The notes under the pieces were generated by a model. That model made no database searches and was not told where the DNA came from. It saw only the letters and a program-made list of their open reading frames with translations. From an uncultured archaeon (GTDB lineage: Archaea > Asgardarchaeota > Lokiarchaeia > Sigyniarchaeales > SOKP01): a stretch of DNA of 64,000 bases. This document shows, piece by piece, positions 41,518-52,053 of the stretch (positions within the stretch are counted from its first letter, which is position 1; each line of letters begins with the position of its first letter). The position numbers and the translations under genes are program-made. Location: contig CAZALK010000002.1 of the NCBI GenBank assembly GCA_964486045.1, positions 192,001 to 256,000 of the forward strand, read 5' to 3'.

Positions 41518-42636
41518 TTGCTAGAATATGAGTGTAAAAGGATTTTCAATAGATTTGATATTCCATTAGCAAAAAATATAATCATTGAAAAAAGTGAAAA
41601 TATTGAACAAAAAGTTGATCAATTTACATTTCCTGCAATAGTTAAGTCTCAAATTGCGATTGGCAGTAGAAAAAAAGCGGGATTGATAAAAATTGCTAAT
41701 TCTAAGGAGGAAGCTATAAATCTCTGCAAAGAATTCTTTAGTAGAGTAGTTGCTGGATTCACAGTAGAAGCAATACTTATTGAAGAATTAATTCAAATTG
41801 AACATGAATATTATTGCTCAATTGCTTTAGACGCATCGGGACGCCAATTTTTTATTATTGCTAGCACAAAAGGAGGTATTGACATTGAAGAAGTATCCAA
41901 AAATAATCCTGAGGCAATATTAAAAGAGAAATTTAGATACAATGAAGGTTTAAGCGAAAATATTGCTAATGAAATTTCTGAACAGTTAGGATTTAAAGGA
42001 GAGCTCAAAGATTCAGTTATAGATTTATTTCATAAATTATGGAAAATTACAAAGGATCTTGAAGCCCAATTAGTAGAAATAAATCCCTTAGTTCTTACCC
42101 CTTCTGGATTAGTAGCTGTTGATGGTAAAATGATATTAGATGATGATACAGTATTTCGACAACCGATTGTCCAAGAATTACAAAACAAAAAGCTTTCACA
42201 ATTAGAAAAATTAGCAAAAGACGCGGGGTTTTCATTTGTAGAACTTGAAGGTGAAATTGGTATTTTGGCAAACGGTGCTGGCCTAACGATGGCATTATTA
42301 GATGTCTTGTCTGAATTAGGTTTAAAACCGGCAAATTTTTTAGATGTAGGAGGTGGAGCAAGTAAAGAACGAGTGTATAGTGCATTGGAATTGTTATTCA
42401 AAATGAATCCTAAGTCTGTACTGGTGAATATTTATGGCGGTATTACTCGTTGCGATGTTGTAGCTGAAGCAATAATTCAAGCCTTAGAAGATTTTAAAGA
42501 TACACCTCCTATGGTAATAAGACTAACAGGTACTAACGATAAGGAGGGAATTGCTCTACTTAATAATGCGGGAATTACAGCTTATCAAGATGTAATGGAT
42601 GCTGTCCATAAAGTTAAAGAGGTAATTGAGGGTTAA
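41518..42636 (+). CDS. sucC: Succinyl-CoA synthetase beta subunit
   Basis: LEYECK, KSQ, GGIDIE, EINPL, NGAGLTM, PANFLDVGGGA, NIYGGITRCD, RLTGTN. Confidence 0.92.
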   Translation: MLEYECKRIFNRFDIPLAKNIIIEKSENIEQKVDQFTFPAIVKSQIAIGSRKKAGLIKIANSKEEAINLCKEFFSRVVAGFTVEAILIEELIQIEHEYYCSIALDASGRQFFIIASTKGGIDIEEVSKNNPEAILKEKFRYNEGLSENIANEISEQLGFKGELKDSVIDLFHKLWKITKDLEAQLVEINPLVLTPSGLVAVDGKMILDDDTVFRQPIVQELQNKKLSQLEKLAKDAGFSFVELEGEIGILANGAGLTMALLDVLSELGLKPANFLDVGGGASKERVYSALELLFKMNPKSVLVNIYGGITRCDVVAEAIIQALEDFKDTPPMVIRLTGTNDKEGIALLNNAGITAYQDVMDAVHKVKEVIEG

Positions 42637-42637
42637 T

Positions 42638-43498
42638 ATGTATATTAATGAAAATTCCAAGGTACTAGTTCAAGGAATTACAGGAAGTCAAGGTAAGTTC
42701 CATACTCGATTAATGCTAGATTACGGGACTAATATAGTTGCAGGAGTGACTCCTAAGAAAGGAGGCCAGATGGTTCATGGGATCCCGGTATTTAATACTG
42801 TCGAAGGAGCAGAAAAAGAGGTAGGTTGTGATATAAGTATTATATTCGTTCCAGCACGTTTTACTTTTAATGCAGCTAGAGAAAGCTTAAATGCGGGAAT
42901 TAAAATGACATGTATAATAACAGAAAATGTTCCTGTTTTTGATATGATTCAGTTAATTGAGATAGCACAAGAGCGAAATCTACATATAGTAGGGCCAAAT
43001 TGCCCGGGTATGATGATTCCAGATAAGATAAAATTAGGGATAATGCCGGGGGATATGTGCAATTATGGAAATGTAGCAGTTATCTCAAAAAGTGGTACAT
43101 TATCCTATGAAATTACTAAAGCAATTGGGAATGCTGGAATTGGAGTATCCGCTTATATCGGAATTGGAGGAGATCCTGTACGAGGTACAACAATGCTAGA
43201 GGCCGTAGAATATTATTCAAATGATCCTGATACTAAATTAATTGTTTTAATTGGCGAAATTGGGAGCGATGAGGAAGAGAAAACTGCTGAATTTATTAAA
43301 CAACATACTGATAAACCAGTTGTGGCGTATATAGCTGGGAGAAGCGCTCCAGAAGGTAAACGAATGGGTCATGCGGGTGCAATTATTTCTGGTCATTTTG
43401 GAACTGCTCAAGGTAAAATAAGAGCGCTTACAGAAGCAGGAGCTACAATTGCAGAAACTCCTTGGGAAGTTCCTCAATTAATTAAACAAATTATGTAA
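42638..43498 (+). CDS. sucD: Succinyl-CoA synthetase alpha subunit
   Basis: VQGITG, GPNCPG, SKSGTLSYE, GIGGD, GEIG, RMGHAGA. Confidence 0.95.
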   Translation: MYINENSKVLVQGITGSQGKFHTRLMLDYGTNIVAGVTPKKGGQMVHGIPVFNTVEGAEKEVGCDISIIFVPARFTFNAARESLNAGIKMTCIITENVPVFDMIQLIEIAQERNLHIVGPNCPGMMIPDKIKLGIMPGDMCNYGNVAVISKSGTLSYEITKAIGNAGIGVSAYIGIGGDPVRGTTMLEAVEYYSNDPDTKLIVLIGEIGSDEEEKTAEFIKQHTDKPVVAYIAGRSAPEGKRMGHAGAIISGHFGTAQGKIRALTEAGATIAETPWEVPQLIKQIM

Positions 43499-43559
43499 GG
43501 GTGATGGAAAGGTTTTTCCAAACTCATTATGGAAATTTCTCTAGATTCCTAAATCTAAA

Positions 43560-43991
43560 TTATAAATATTGTAAAAAATCATTTATAACTGAAGTTATTG
43601 CTTGAAAATCCATAAGTTCTTCACCACTACCTTCAAAGGAAACATCTCCCTCCTTATGGGCACTTGAAATTTCGATTTGACCAAATAATATGCCTGTAAA
43701 AACATTCATCGAAGTTTTAAATGTAAGGGTTGGATCTTCAATATCACCCTCTCCAAAATCAACTTTTCCTTCCTTGAATTCTACCCAAAATTTCTTATTG
43801 TCATCAGAAATTATTATCTGTCCTAAAAAAGACATGTCCATCATGGCCATATCTTCAAATTCTTCCTTCAGTTTTTCATTTACTGTTGATATATGTTTGT
43901 AAACATTCAACAATTTTAGAGTGTCTTCAACTGTTGGATCCCCATCATTTAATTTCTCTTTAATATATTTTATTAATTCATCATCTACCAT
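43560..43991 (-). CDS. SCP2 sterol/lipid-binding domain protein
   Basis: FWVEFKEGKVDFGEGDIEDPTLTF...GDVSFEG. ATG 43991 is preceded by GAGGAG. Confidence 0.82.
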   Translation of the reverse strand: MVDDELIKYIKEKLNDGDPTVEDTLKLLNVYKHISTVNEKLKEEFEDMAMMDMSFLGQIIISDDNKKFWVEFKEGKVDFGEGDIEDPTLTFKTSMNVFTGILFGQIEISSAHKEGDVSFEGSGEELMDFQAITSVINDFLQYL

Positions 43992-44210
43992 CTGATTCTC
44001 CTCATTTTTTGGAGTACTTGATCTAAACAACTATATAAAATAAAAAATAATTAAATCTTTTCTTTAAGATAATTCGATTTTCTTAATTTAAAACAATAAA
44101 TAACATTAATAATCTATAAATCTCAAATTAATAGTATTAAACAAAATCAGTTAAGACTATAAATATTTAAGGTTTTTTTAGGCATTTAAGTATCATCCGG
44201 AGTTGATAAG

Positions 44211-45458
44211 ATGAAAGTTCAGGAAATATTGAAAAAAATTGATTCAAAGAAAAATGAAATAGTGAAATTGGTTCAAAATTTAATTCAGATTAAAAGCATA
44301 AATCCTCCTGGAAGCACAACTGAGATCGCTGGGTATATTAAGGAATATATTTCTGAACACAGATTGAAATGTGAACTTTACGAGCAAGAAAAGACAAAAG
44401 TAAATGCAGTGGGATCACTTTTAGGTAGTGGTAAAAAAAAATTCATTTGGAATGGTCATCTCGATGTAGTTCCGATCTCCAAACCCAACGGATGGTCAGT
44501 AGATCCTTGGGAAGGAGAAATAATTAATTCTAAGATTTTGGGACGGGGAGCAGCGGACATGAAAGGAAGCATTGCAGCGGTTATCTCTGCGGCATGTATT
44601 CTGTCAGATTCTAATGTAGAGTTATCAGGAGATTGGATTTTGGGATTTACGGCCGACGAGGAGACCGGCGGAGAGATGGGAGCTGAATACTTGGTTGAAA
44701 AGGGAATATTATCAGGGGATGCATGCATAGTAGGGGAACCGACATCTCTTTATAAACTTGGGGTGGGTGAAAAAGGTGTATTATGGCTTAAAGTTAAAGC
44801 TGAGGGAAGACCAGCTCATGCTGGTGTGGCATTCCTCGGGGATAATGCTATAGAAAAACTCTACCAATTTTTAACCAAATTACATAAAATTGAAGACATC
44901 GAGAGGAAACATAGCGAAGAAATTGAAAAAATATTATCGCATATTATTGAGGAATCAAAAAAGATAAAAAATCCGGAATTTTCAAGGGAATTTTTTGAAA
45001 GGGTGATGAATAGATTAGTAATGAATGTAGGAATGATGAAGGGGGGTACAAAAATTAACATAGTCCCATCTTCAGCAGAAGCTATAGTAGATATCAGAAT
45101 AGTCCCGGGAATGACCCATGAAACGGTAATGGAGGAAATTGAAGAGATTCTAAAGGATAGCGGTATAAATGGAATTACGTTTGAGACGGTATTAAAGGCA
45201 GACTCTTCTTATCAGAATATCGATAATCCATTTGTTAATTTTATGAAGAATACAGTTAATAGTAATAATAATATTGAGCTTACACTTAACATGATCCCAG
45301 GATTTACAGATGCTAGGTTCTTTCGAGCAATTGGAGTACCAACAGTAGTTTACGGGTGCGGAGGAGAAAATATTCATGGTGTAGATGAATTTATTACCAT
45401 TGATAATCTCATTTCAACAACAAAAGCCTATGCTCTAATTGCAATGAATTATTTATGA
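44211..45458 (+). CDS. M20 metallopeptidase (ArgE/DapE family)
   Basis: NGHLDVVP, GRGAADMKG, DEETGG, GEP, HAG, TDARF, IHGVDE. Confidence 0.9.
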   Translation: MKVQEILKKIDSKKNEIVKLVQNLIQIKSINPPGSTTEIAGYIKEYISEHRLKCELYEQEKTKVNAVGSLLGSGKKKFIWNGHLDVVPISKPNGWSVDPWEGEIINSKILGRGAADMKGSIAAVISAACILSDSNVELSGDWILGFTADEETGGEMGAEYLVEKGILSGDACIVGEPTSLYKLGVGEKGVLWLKVKAEGRPAHAGVAFLGDNAIEKLYQFLTKLHKIEDIERKHSEEIEKILSHIIEESKKIKNPEFSREFFERVMNRLVMNVGMMKGGTKINIVPSSAEAIVDIRIVPGMTHETVMEEIEEILKDSGINGITFETVLKADSSYQNIDNPFVNFMKNTVNSNNNIELTLNMIPGFTDARFFRAIGVPTVVYGCGGENIHGVDEFITIDNLISTTKAYALIAMNYL

Positions 45459-45524
45459 TAGTATCTTTTTGTCTACTCTGGGTGAATTTCCAAAAAAGTG
45501 AAAAATTACAGTTTGAGGATTCTT

Positions 45525-47033
45525 TTATACAAAATCTAGAATATTTCTGTCCAATTCTGGATTGTATTCAACCTTATAAGTTTTTCCTACAAAATCCTGG
45601 GTTTCCAAAGTTGACAAGTTCGGGAGTCCTTCCTTAGTAATTGCGATTGTACGTAACCCATTTTCGAGCGTTCCAATAAAGATTCCCCTTTTAATTCCTC
45701 CAGTTCGGCTATAAAGAATAGTGTATGCATTTATGGTAAAATTCCCATAAGCCTTTTCAACTGGTTTTGGTAAAGCCTTTTCTAATATCGATTGTTGAAT
45801 TTTTGAGTCATCTCGGATTTCCCATGGTATTTTACCGGGTGTTGAGCTATAAATTCCAACTGATTCTCCGGAATTGTAACCCCCATTTGCCAAAATCATT
45901 ACTTTAAAAGAGGAATTATTTCTTATCAAATTCACCGCTTGAGCAACTGCTTGCAACGAATAAGCACTTAATGGTCCTCCATGAAAAGGGAGCCCTCCGG
46001 TAATGGTCAGATTTCGAGGATCATCTTTTTTGATACCGAGTTCTTTTATAGTTATCTCCACCATGGAAGGAAAGCAGCAATAGAAATCAAACTTATCTAT
46101 CTCATCAATAGTTAAACCCGCCTGCTCCAATGCGAGTCTTGAAGATTCTCTTACTGCTGGTGAATCATGTAAGTTTGGGCGCCTAGTAATCGCACCTATA
46201 TTCTTGAAATCAGCACTCCCTGTAAGGTAAATTAAATTCTTTGGATCAATATTAAGTGATTCCGCTATCTCTTGACTTGTCATTATTACAGTAGCCGATT
46301 GATCCACAAAATTGTTAGCACACATCTGTTTAGTATAAGGAAACGTAATATAACGATTATTTTTAGTAGGTGTAGTTATTTCTTCAGCTTTAAGATATTT
46401 TTGAGTCCAACTGAAGGGATTCTCTGAAGCTACTTTGGAATATCTTTCATACAATTCCCCCATATAGACTTTATGATCTTCAAGGTTCCGTCCAAAAAAT
46501 GCCCTTACAGCACTCTCAAACAAGGAATAAGCAATAGGTGGCCAACCAATGGCATTTTTTCTTTCAAACTCGCTGAGATAACCCGATTTTTTTTCTTCGA
46601 TATATTTTGGCTCCTTTATTGCTGGCCAATTTTCGGGAGGATTTCTGTTAAATTTCTTCCCTATAGTATAGGTTGATTCTCCCCCAGTAATAAGAACACA
46701 ACGATGATTGCCTTTCACAATTGCTTTAGCTGCTCGATTTATCATTAATTGAGGGCTGTTTCCTCCCATTGACATTGAAAAGTAAACTTTCTCCTTAGGT
46801 TTAATATTAAGTCTTTCACTAAGCAAACCTGGAGCATCTTCATATGACCAAGATACAACATTAAGCATATAAACTGCATCAATAATATCTTTTATATTAT
46901 TAATTTTTGTCTCTTCGATAGCCAACTGGCTTGTCTTTTCCATTAAACTCAAAGGATCTAGGTTTTGGTCAGATTCTTTACGCTGCGTAAATTGGGCAGC
47001 TCCAATTATTACAGGAATATTTTTGTTAGTCAT
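45525..47033 (-). CDS. Thiolase-like protein (divergent acetyl-CoA acetyltransferase family)
   Basis: GGNSPQ, FPYTK, VDQSA, DFYCCFP, TITGGLPFHGGP. Confidence 0.82.
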   Translation of the reverse strand: MTNKNIPVIIGAAQFTQRKESDQNLDPLSLMEKTSQLAIEETKINNIKDIIDAVYMLNVVSWSYEDAPGLLSERLNIKPKEKVYFSMSMGGNSPQLMINRAAKAIVKGNHRCVLITGGESTYTIGKKFNRNPPENWPAIKEPKYIEEKKSGYLSEFERKNAIGWPPIAYSLFESAVRAFFGRNLEDHKVYMGELYERYSKVASENPFSWTQKYLKAEEITTPTKNNRYITFPYTKQMCANNFVDQSATVIMTSQEIAESLNIDPKNLIYLTGSADFKNIGAITRRPNLHDSPAVRESSRLALEQAGLTIDEIDKFDFYCCFPSMVEITIKELGIKKDDPRNLTITGGLPFHGGPLSAYSLQAVAQAVNLIRNNSSFKVMILANGGYNSGESVGIYSSTPGKIPWEIRDDSKIQQSILEKALPKPVEKAYGNFTINAYTILYSRTGGIKRGIFIGTLENGLRTIAITKEGLPNLSTLETQDFVGKTYKVEYNPELDRNILDFV

Positions 47034-47288
47034 ATGCTAGTTCTTTTTTTACTATAAATAATAAAATTTCCGATTTGTAATAAAAATTAGGAAACTATTT
47101 ATTACATTATTGGAAAAAAGTATAACAACGGATAGGAAACATACACTTTCCTCATTTTTTTGCTTTGTTTATCATTTCTGAGTCAAACTTGTATTCTAAA
47201 ATAATAAATCCTTACTCCAAAATATCTTACTACACAAAAATATAATTGAATCTGAAAAATAATTAAAATTAAATAAAACAAAACTTTT

Positions 47289-48536
47289 GTGGAAGCTATG
47301 AGGAAAGTAGCAATAATTGGGGTTGGTATTACAAAATTTAAACCAAGATGGCTAGACAAAACATATTTTGAACTAGCATATGATGCAACCAAGCTAGCAT
47401 TAGAGGATGCTAATAAAAATGGAGCTATTATTACACATAATGATTTACAATCGACTATATATGGTATATATAATGAACTCTTTGAACGTCAATTTATGCC
47501 AGATATTTTTATTAATAGTTATATCGGAATGAATGACAAACCGGGGGTGAGAGTCGCAACAGGTGGAGCAACGGGGGGATATGCTGTAAGAACGGCTTAT
47601 GCTGAAGTAGCATCCGGATTATCAGATTTAAGTCTTTGTCTTGGAGTAGAGAAATGTGCTGACTGTTATGATGAACAGACAGGAGCAAGTACACCAGAAG
47701 TTCTTAATTCAATAGCCTTTTCAACAGATATGACTTATGAATATCCAATGGGGGTTAATGCTGCTAGTTCTTATGTAAGTATGGTAAATGCTCATTTTGA
47801 GGAATTTGGAAGCCCTACAGAGGAACAAATGGCACTTGTATCCGTAAAAAATCATGGGAATGCTATTAATAATCCTAAAGCCCAATCACCAATGAAAATA
47901 ACTGTAGAAGATGTTCTGAATTCAAGAATTATATGCTATCCGTTTAAACTATTGGATTGTTGTTTATATTCAGAAGCGTCAGCAGCGTTAATTTTAGCAA
48001 GTGAAGATAAAGTTAGAGAATTAAAAGTTGAGAATCCAATTTGGATAACAGGAGTCGGTGCTGCAAATACAGATTGTTTTATAGGGAATAGAGAAGATAT
48101 GGGTAGGCTATATTCAAATATCCATGCGGCTAAAGCGGCATATAAAATGGCAGGATTAGAATATGATAAGATTAAAAGTCAAATTGACTTGGCAGAATTA
48201 CATGATGCTTTTTCTGGCCAAGAAGTAATATCCTATGAGGAATTAGGGTTTGTACCTTTCGGAGAAGGTGGCAAATGGATTGAATCAGGAGGTCCACTAA
48301 TGGATGGTGAAGTACCATGTTGTCCATCTGGAGGACTTATTGGATGTGGTCATGCGGTAGGTGCGACAGGAATTATGTCTACCGGTGAAGCTGCTCTTCA
48401 ATTAAGAGGAGATGCGGGAAAGCATCAAGTGAAAACAATTGAAAATGGAAGAGCTATTTCTCATTCAATTGGGGGGCCTGGAGCAGCATATGCTGCTATA
48501 ATTGTGATGGAAAATGAGGAGGCGGTGAGAAAATAA
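47289..48536 (+). CDS. SCP-x/Ltp2-type thiolase-fold protein lacking the nucleophilic Cys
   Basis: VATGGATG in place of ExACASG; KNH, ELHDAF, SGGLIGCGH retained. Confidence 0.88.
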   Translation: MEAMRKVAIIGVGITKFKPRWLDKTYFELAYDATKLALEDANKNGAIITHNDLQSTIYGIYNELFERQFMPDIFINSYIGMNDKPGVRVATGGATGGYAVRTAYAEVASGLSDLSLCLGVEKCADCYDEQTGASTPEVLNSIAFSTDMTYEYPMGVNAASSYVSMVNAHFEEFGSPTEEQMALVSVKNHGNAINNPKAQSPMKITVEDVLNSRIICYPFKLLDCCLYSEASAALILASEDKVRELKVENPIWITGVGAANTDCFIGNREDMGRLYSNIHAAKAAYKMAGLEYDKIKSQIDLAELHDAFSGQEVISYEELGFVPFGEGGKWIESGGPLMDGEVPCCPSGGLIGCGHAVGATGIMSTGEAALQLRGDAGKHQVKTIENGRAISHSIGGPGAAYAAIIVMENEEAVRK

Positions 48537-49030
48537 TGAATAATGAGTTTCAAGCTCATGAAATTAGAGATATAATCAAAATCAATTATAAGTATACGAT
48601 GGGTGGACAATCCAAGTTTTTCTTAGAATTAATGAAGAATAAAAGGATTTTAGGTGCAAAATGTACAAAATGCGGGAAGGTCTGGATGCCCCCGAGAATT
48701 AATTGTTCAGATTGTTTTGTCCCGGCTGATTGGTATGAAGTTAAACACACAGGCACAATCGAAGTAAGTACAATAGTATGGTACACCACATCTGCATTTA
48801 TTGAAAATATTCCATATGGTACTGTCTATGTTAGATTAGATGGAGCCGACACTGCGTTATTACAAGGAATTTTTTCTGAAAATCTAGTTCCTTCAAAAAT
48901 TAAAAAAGGAAAACGTGTAAAAGCCGTATTTCAAAAAGAAAGGGAAGGAAAGATGACTGATTTTTTCTTTGTTCCTGAAGATGAATATTTAAATTGGATT
49001 AATAAACCTGAATTTGAGGGAGGAGAATAG
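48536..49030 (+). CDS. DUF35 Zn-ribbon/OB-fold protein (thiolase partner)
   Basis: CTKCGKVWMPPRINCSDC, VRLDGAD. Coupled to the thiolase through TAATG. Confidence 0.9.
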   Translation: MNNEFQAHEIRDIIKINYKYTMGGQSKFFLELMKNKRILGAKCTKCGKVWMPPRINCSDCFVPADWYEVKHTGTIEVSTIVWYTTSAFIENIPYGTVYVRLDGADTALLQGIFSENLVPSKIKKGKRVKAVFQKEREGKMTDFFFVPEDEYLNWINKPEFEGGE

Positions 49031-49032
49031 AA

Positions 49033-49404
49033 TTGGGAGTTGCATATGAGAACTTAAAAAAAATAGCTGAGAGAATGAATAACAATCCTAAAGCTCTCCA
49101 AGTATTTGTGACAGATATCGGTGGTTCTCCAGTAAATTGGAGTATGACATTTCAATTTAATTTAGACACGGAGAATCAATTTTATTTGGTAATTAAAGAT
49201 CAAAAAATAGTTGTAAATATTGGAACTTCACCAGATGCGGAAATTATAATATCAGGAGATAATAACAGTATTACAAAAATTTGTCAAGGAAAAGGGGACT
49301 TCACACATGCTATCTCAAGAGAAGAGATTACGGTGCAAAAGGGGAAGGTAATGGATATAATAAGGTTAACAAGAGCTATTACTATTGTTTTAAAAACCGA
49401 ATAA
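49033..49404 (+). CDS. SCP2 sterol/lipid-binding domain protein
   Basis: FQFNL, FYLVIKD, PDAEIIIS, GKGDFTHA. GGAGG SD before TTG. Confidence 0.8.
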   Translation: MGVAYENLKKIAERMNNNPKALQVFVTDIGGSPVNWSMTFQFNLDTENQFYLVIKDQKIVVNIGTSPDAEIIISGDNNSITKICQGKGDFTHAISREEITVQKGKVMDIIRLTRAITIVLKTE

Positions 49405-49538
49405 CTATTAATTTCTAATTTTTATTATTACAAGATTTTTTAACATTAAACAGGATACCAATTTTATCGTTTAAACTTATAAAAGTAGAATTTACAACAA
49501 AAAGAAAAGATCTCTGGATTTAGAACATTAAAAAAGTT

Positions 49539-50819
49539 TTAAATGAGTTTAAACATTTGTCTTAAAGCAGAAGTCATAATATGTTTCTGAATTTGTGAAG
49601 TTCCTCCCCCAACTTGCCAGGTTCTAGAAATTCCTAGTAAATCACTCATTAATGTGTTATCACATAGTCCCGCACCGCCCATTAGGTCTGCACACTTATA
49701 ACAGACTCTCTCACTTAATTCCGCACTTTGAAATTTCAATTGTGAAGCGGTGGTGACGAGAGAAAGATTTAAATTCTGTGGAATAATTCCAAACTTTTCC
49801 TTTTTCTCATCAATAATTTGACAGATATGTAAAGTTGCTAAAGTTAAACTCATTGTTTTTGCCCACATATCTGCTAGTGGAAACCCTACTCCTTGATATT
49901 TTATTATTTCCTTATCAAATTGCTTCCTCATATTGGCATAAATAACAGCATGAGAAAGGGCATTCCATGCTTCTGATAAATTGATAAAGACTATCGATAA
50001 TCTCTCCAAATTGAGTCCTTCAAATAGATAGTCTCTTCCAAGACCTGGTTTTCCTAATACATAGTCCATAGGGACTCTTAAATTAGTGAAGGTTTCTTTT
50101 CCAAGAAATAATCTTGGAGTCCATGGGATATTTACCCTTTCAACACTCCATCCTTCCCAAGAAGTATCGACCAAAAATTGACCCATTGTATTTCCATTAT
50201 CCTTCTCTAAAACCGCATAAATTACAGCTAAATCAGCTTTGGGTCCATTTGTTTGATAAATCTTTTCCCCATTCAGAGAAAAGTCACCGTTATCATGTTG
50301 TTCACAAGTTGTAAGCATATGAACTGCATCAGAACCACGTTCGGGCTCAGTAATGCATATGCATCCTACTTTTTCACCAGTCACCAAATCTTTTAGGGCT
50401 TTCAAGCGTACATCAATATCTTCATGGTGAAATATTAAAGGATTTATTGCTAAAACACTCGAAAGTATCCCAAAACCCAGTTGAGGGTCGAAAAAATCAG
50501 TAGCAAGATATCTCATAAAATCAGCTGTCAATCCGTATGGTTCATAATTTAATCCAACATCACTAAAACGATTTACTCTTGTAATTAACCCTTCTCTACC
50601 AATTTCAGGAAACCATTCATAAAAATCTTCATTATGAGTAATATTGTATTTGTTTTCAAATTTAAGATAAAAGTCTTGAGCTATTTTTAAAAAACTTAGG
50701 CTCTCTGGTTTTAAAATGTTTATTAAATTGTTGTTTAGGAAATTATAACGATTTTTTAAGCACAGCTTTTCTAATATCTCGTCATTAATACATTGAACTT
50801 GCCCTTTCATATTTACCAC
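49539..50819 (-). CDS. Acyl-CoA dehydrogenase family protein
   Basis: ITEPERGSD, LNGEKIYQTNG, LNLER, RKQF, YQGV, GGTSQIQK. Confidence 0.9.
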   Translation of the reverse strand: MVNMKGQVQCINDEILEKLCLKNRYNFLNNNLINILKPESLSFLKIAQDFYLKFENKYNITHNEDFYEWFPEIGREGLITRVNRFSDVGLNYEPYGLTADFMRYLATDFFDPQLGFGILSSVLAINPLIFHHEDIDVRLKALKDLVTGEKVGCICITEPERGSDAVHMLTTCEQHDNGDFSLNGEKIYQTNGPKADLAVIYAVLEKDNGNTMGQFLVDTSWEGWSVERVNIPWTPRLFLGKETFTNLRVPMDYVLGKPGLGRDYLFEGLNLERLSIVFINLSEAWNALSHAVIYANMRKQFDKEIIKYQGVGFPLADMWAKTMSLTLATLHICQIIDEKKEKFGIIPQNLNLSLVTTASQLKFQSAELSERVCYKCADLMGGAGLCDNTLMSDLLGISRTWQVGGGTSQIQKHIMTSALRQMFKLI

Positions 50820-50952
50820 GGAATCAAACCTTAGTATTACTTTTTGTATTTAAAATAATTCTAAGCAATTTAATTTTTTTAAAAATTAGATATTCGATAT
50901 AACAAAAGTAAACAAAGAAAACTAGAATCGAATATTAAGTATTTAATAAATT

Positions 50953-51022
50953 AATAAATATTTCATTAATCTTGTTCTCAATTTGGGGGAGATCTTTTAA
51001 TTCGGCTATTTGACTCGTCTTA
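50953..51022. repeat. Copy 1 of a 70-bp diverged direct repeat flanking the AbrB-PIN pair
   Basis: Ungapped manual alignment to 52054-52123: 55/70 identical. Confidence 0.8.
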
Positions 51023-51150
51023 TAAAACCTATTTAACATTTGTCATATAATTGAATTGCTTCGTATTTTAACTATGAAGCTAATTAATTTCTGTTTCGCA
51101 AGTCAGTTTCTTGTCGTTTTAAGTGGTTTAACGATTTATAAGAATAAATA

Positions 51151-51183
51151 CGAAAAAAAGCATTTTTTCCGAAAATATATAAA
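51151..51183 (+). promoter_or_regulatory. BRE/TATA promoter with overlapping imperfect inverted repeat (possible TA operator)
   Basis: CGAAAAAAAGCATTTTTTCCG, then CCGAAAA-TATATAAA about 25 nt before ATG 51208 (leaderless spacing). Confidence 0.55.
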
Positions 51184-51207
51184 TATAACGAAAAATATAT
51201 TAAAAAT

Positions 51208-51459
51208 ATGACAACACAGGATAAGTCAATTGTCGGAAAAAAAGGGGAAATTCTCCCTAAAAAACATCTTAGAGTAATTTCTGGAATTAGTCCTGGTGAT
51301 AAAATCTTAATCGAAGCCTATCCTGGTGAATTAATTGTGAAAAAAATCTATTCAGTTGACGAATTACTTGAAATGCCAATTATAGCAGAGGGAACGGTTA
51401 AAGAAATTGAAAAAGATATTGGAGAGGAAAGTAAGAAACAAGATGAGATGACTGATTAA
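51208..51459 (+). CDS. AbrB/MazE-family antitoxin
   Basis: VGKKGEILPKKHLR...GISPGDKI swapped-hairpin pattern. Confidence 0.82.
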   Translation: MTTQDKSIVGKKGEILPKKHLRVISGISPGDKILIEAYPGELIVKKIYSVDELLEMPIIAEGTVKEIEKDIGEESKKQDEMTD

Positions 51460-51947
51460 TGCAAATTCAAAGGCTTATTTTAGATACAACTTATATTCTC
51501 CCACTATTTGGGATAAAAATTAAAGATTTAGCAGGAATAAATGAAGGTATAAAACTTATTTGGAAGAATGGAATAAAAGATTTTGAGGTTTATTTACCCA
51601 CAATTTGCCTTATTGAAGTTCTCTATAAGTTAATTAATGAATATAAGAAAACAAACGATTATAAAATTTTAAAAAGGTATCCTGTAGCAACTCCTACTGT
51701 AATGACTTCTCAGATTGTTAGTCTTTTCGATCCGCACTTAAATTCGATCGCAAGTCAAATTGCTATAATAATCCGTCATAATGGTCATTTAGATATTATG
51801 GATTGCCTAATCGCAGCTAGCGCCGCAGCGTTAAATGGGATATTGTTAACTGAAGATAAAAATTTAAAAAATATATTACAGAATATTCCTGAGACTAAAC
51901 TTCTTCCAATTTGGTCATGGAGCGAAATAGTTACTAAATTAATCTGA
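51459..51947 (+). CDS. PIN-domain (VapC-like) toxin
   Basis: ILDTTY, E, DIMDCLIAASA, LLTED. Coupled through TAATG. Confidence 0.88.
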   Translation: MQIQRLILDTTYILPLFGIKIKDLAGINEGIKLIWKNGIKDFEVYLPTICLIEVLYKLINEYKKTNDYKILKRYPVATPTVMTSQIVSLFDPHLNSIASQIAIIIRHNGHLDIMDCLIAASAAALNGILLTEDKNLKNILQNIPETKLLPIWSWSEIVTKLI

Positions 51948-52053
51948 AATATAATAATTCTGAAAACATTCATTTTAGATTACCTTTAATTTAAGTTTCT
52001 GTTATTATTGTCTATGGTTAAAATTCGATTTGAATTAGATTTCAAAATTAAGT

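Noticed and set aside
43500-43530. Hairpin TGGAAA-GGTT-TTTCCA after sucD as an ncRNA
   Set aside because: Only 6 bp; at most a terminator between convergent genes.
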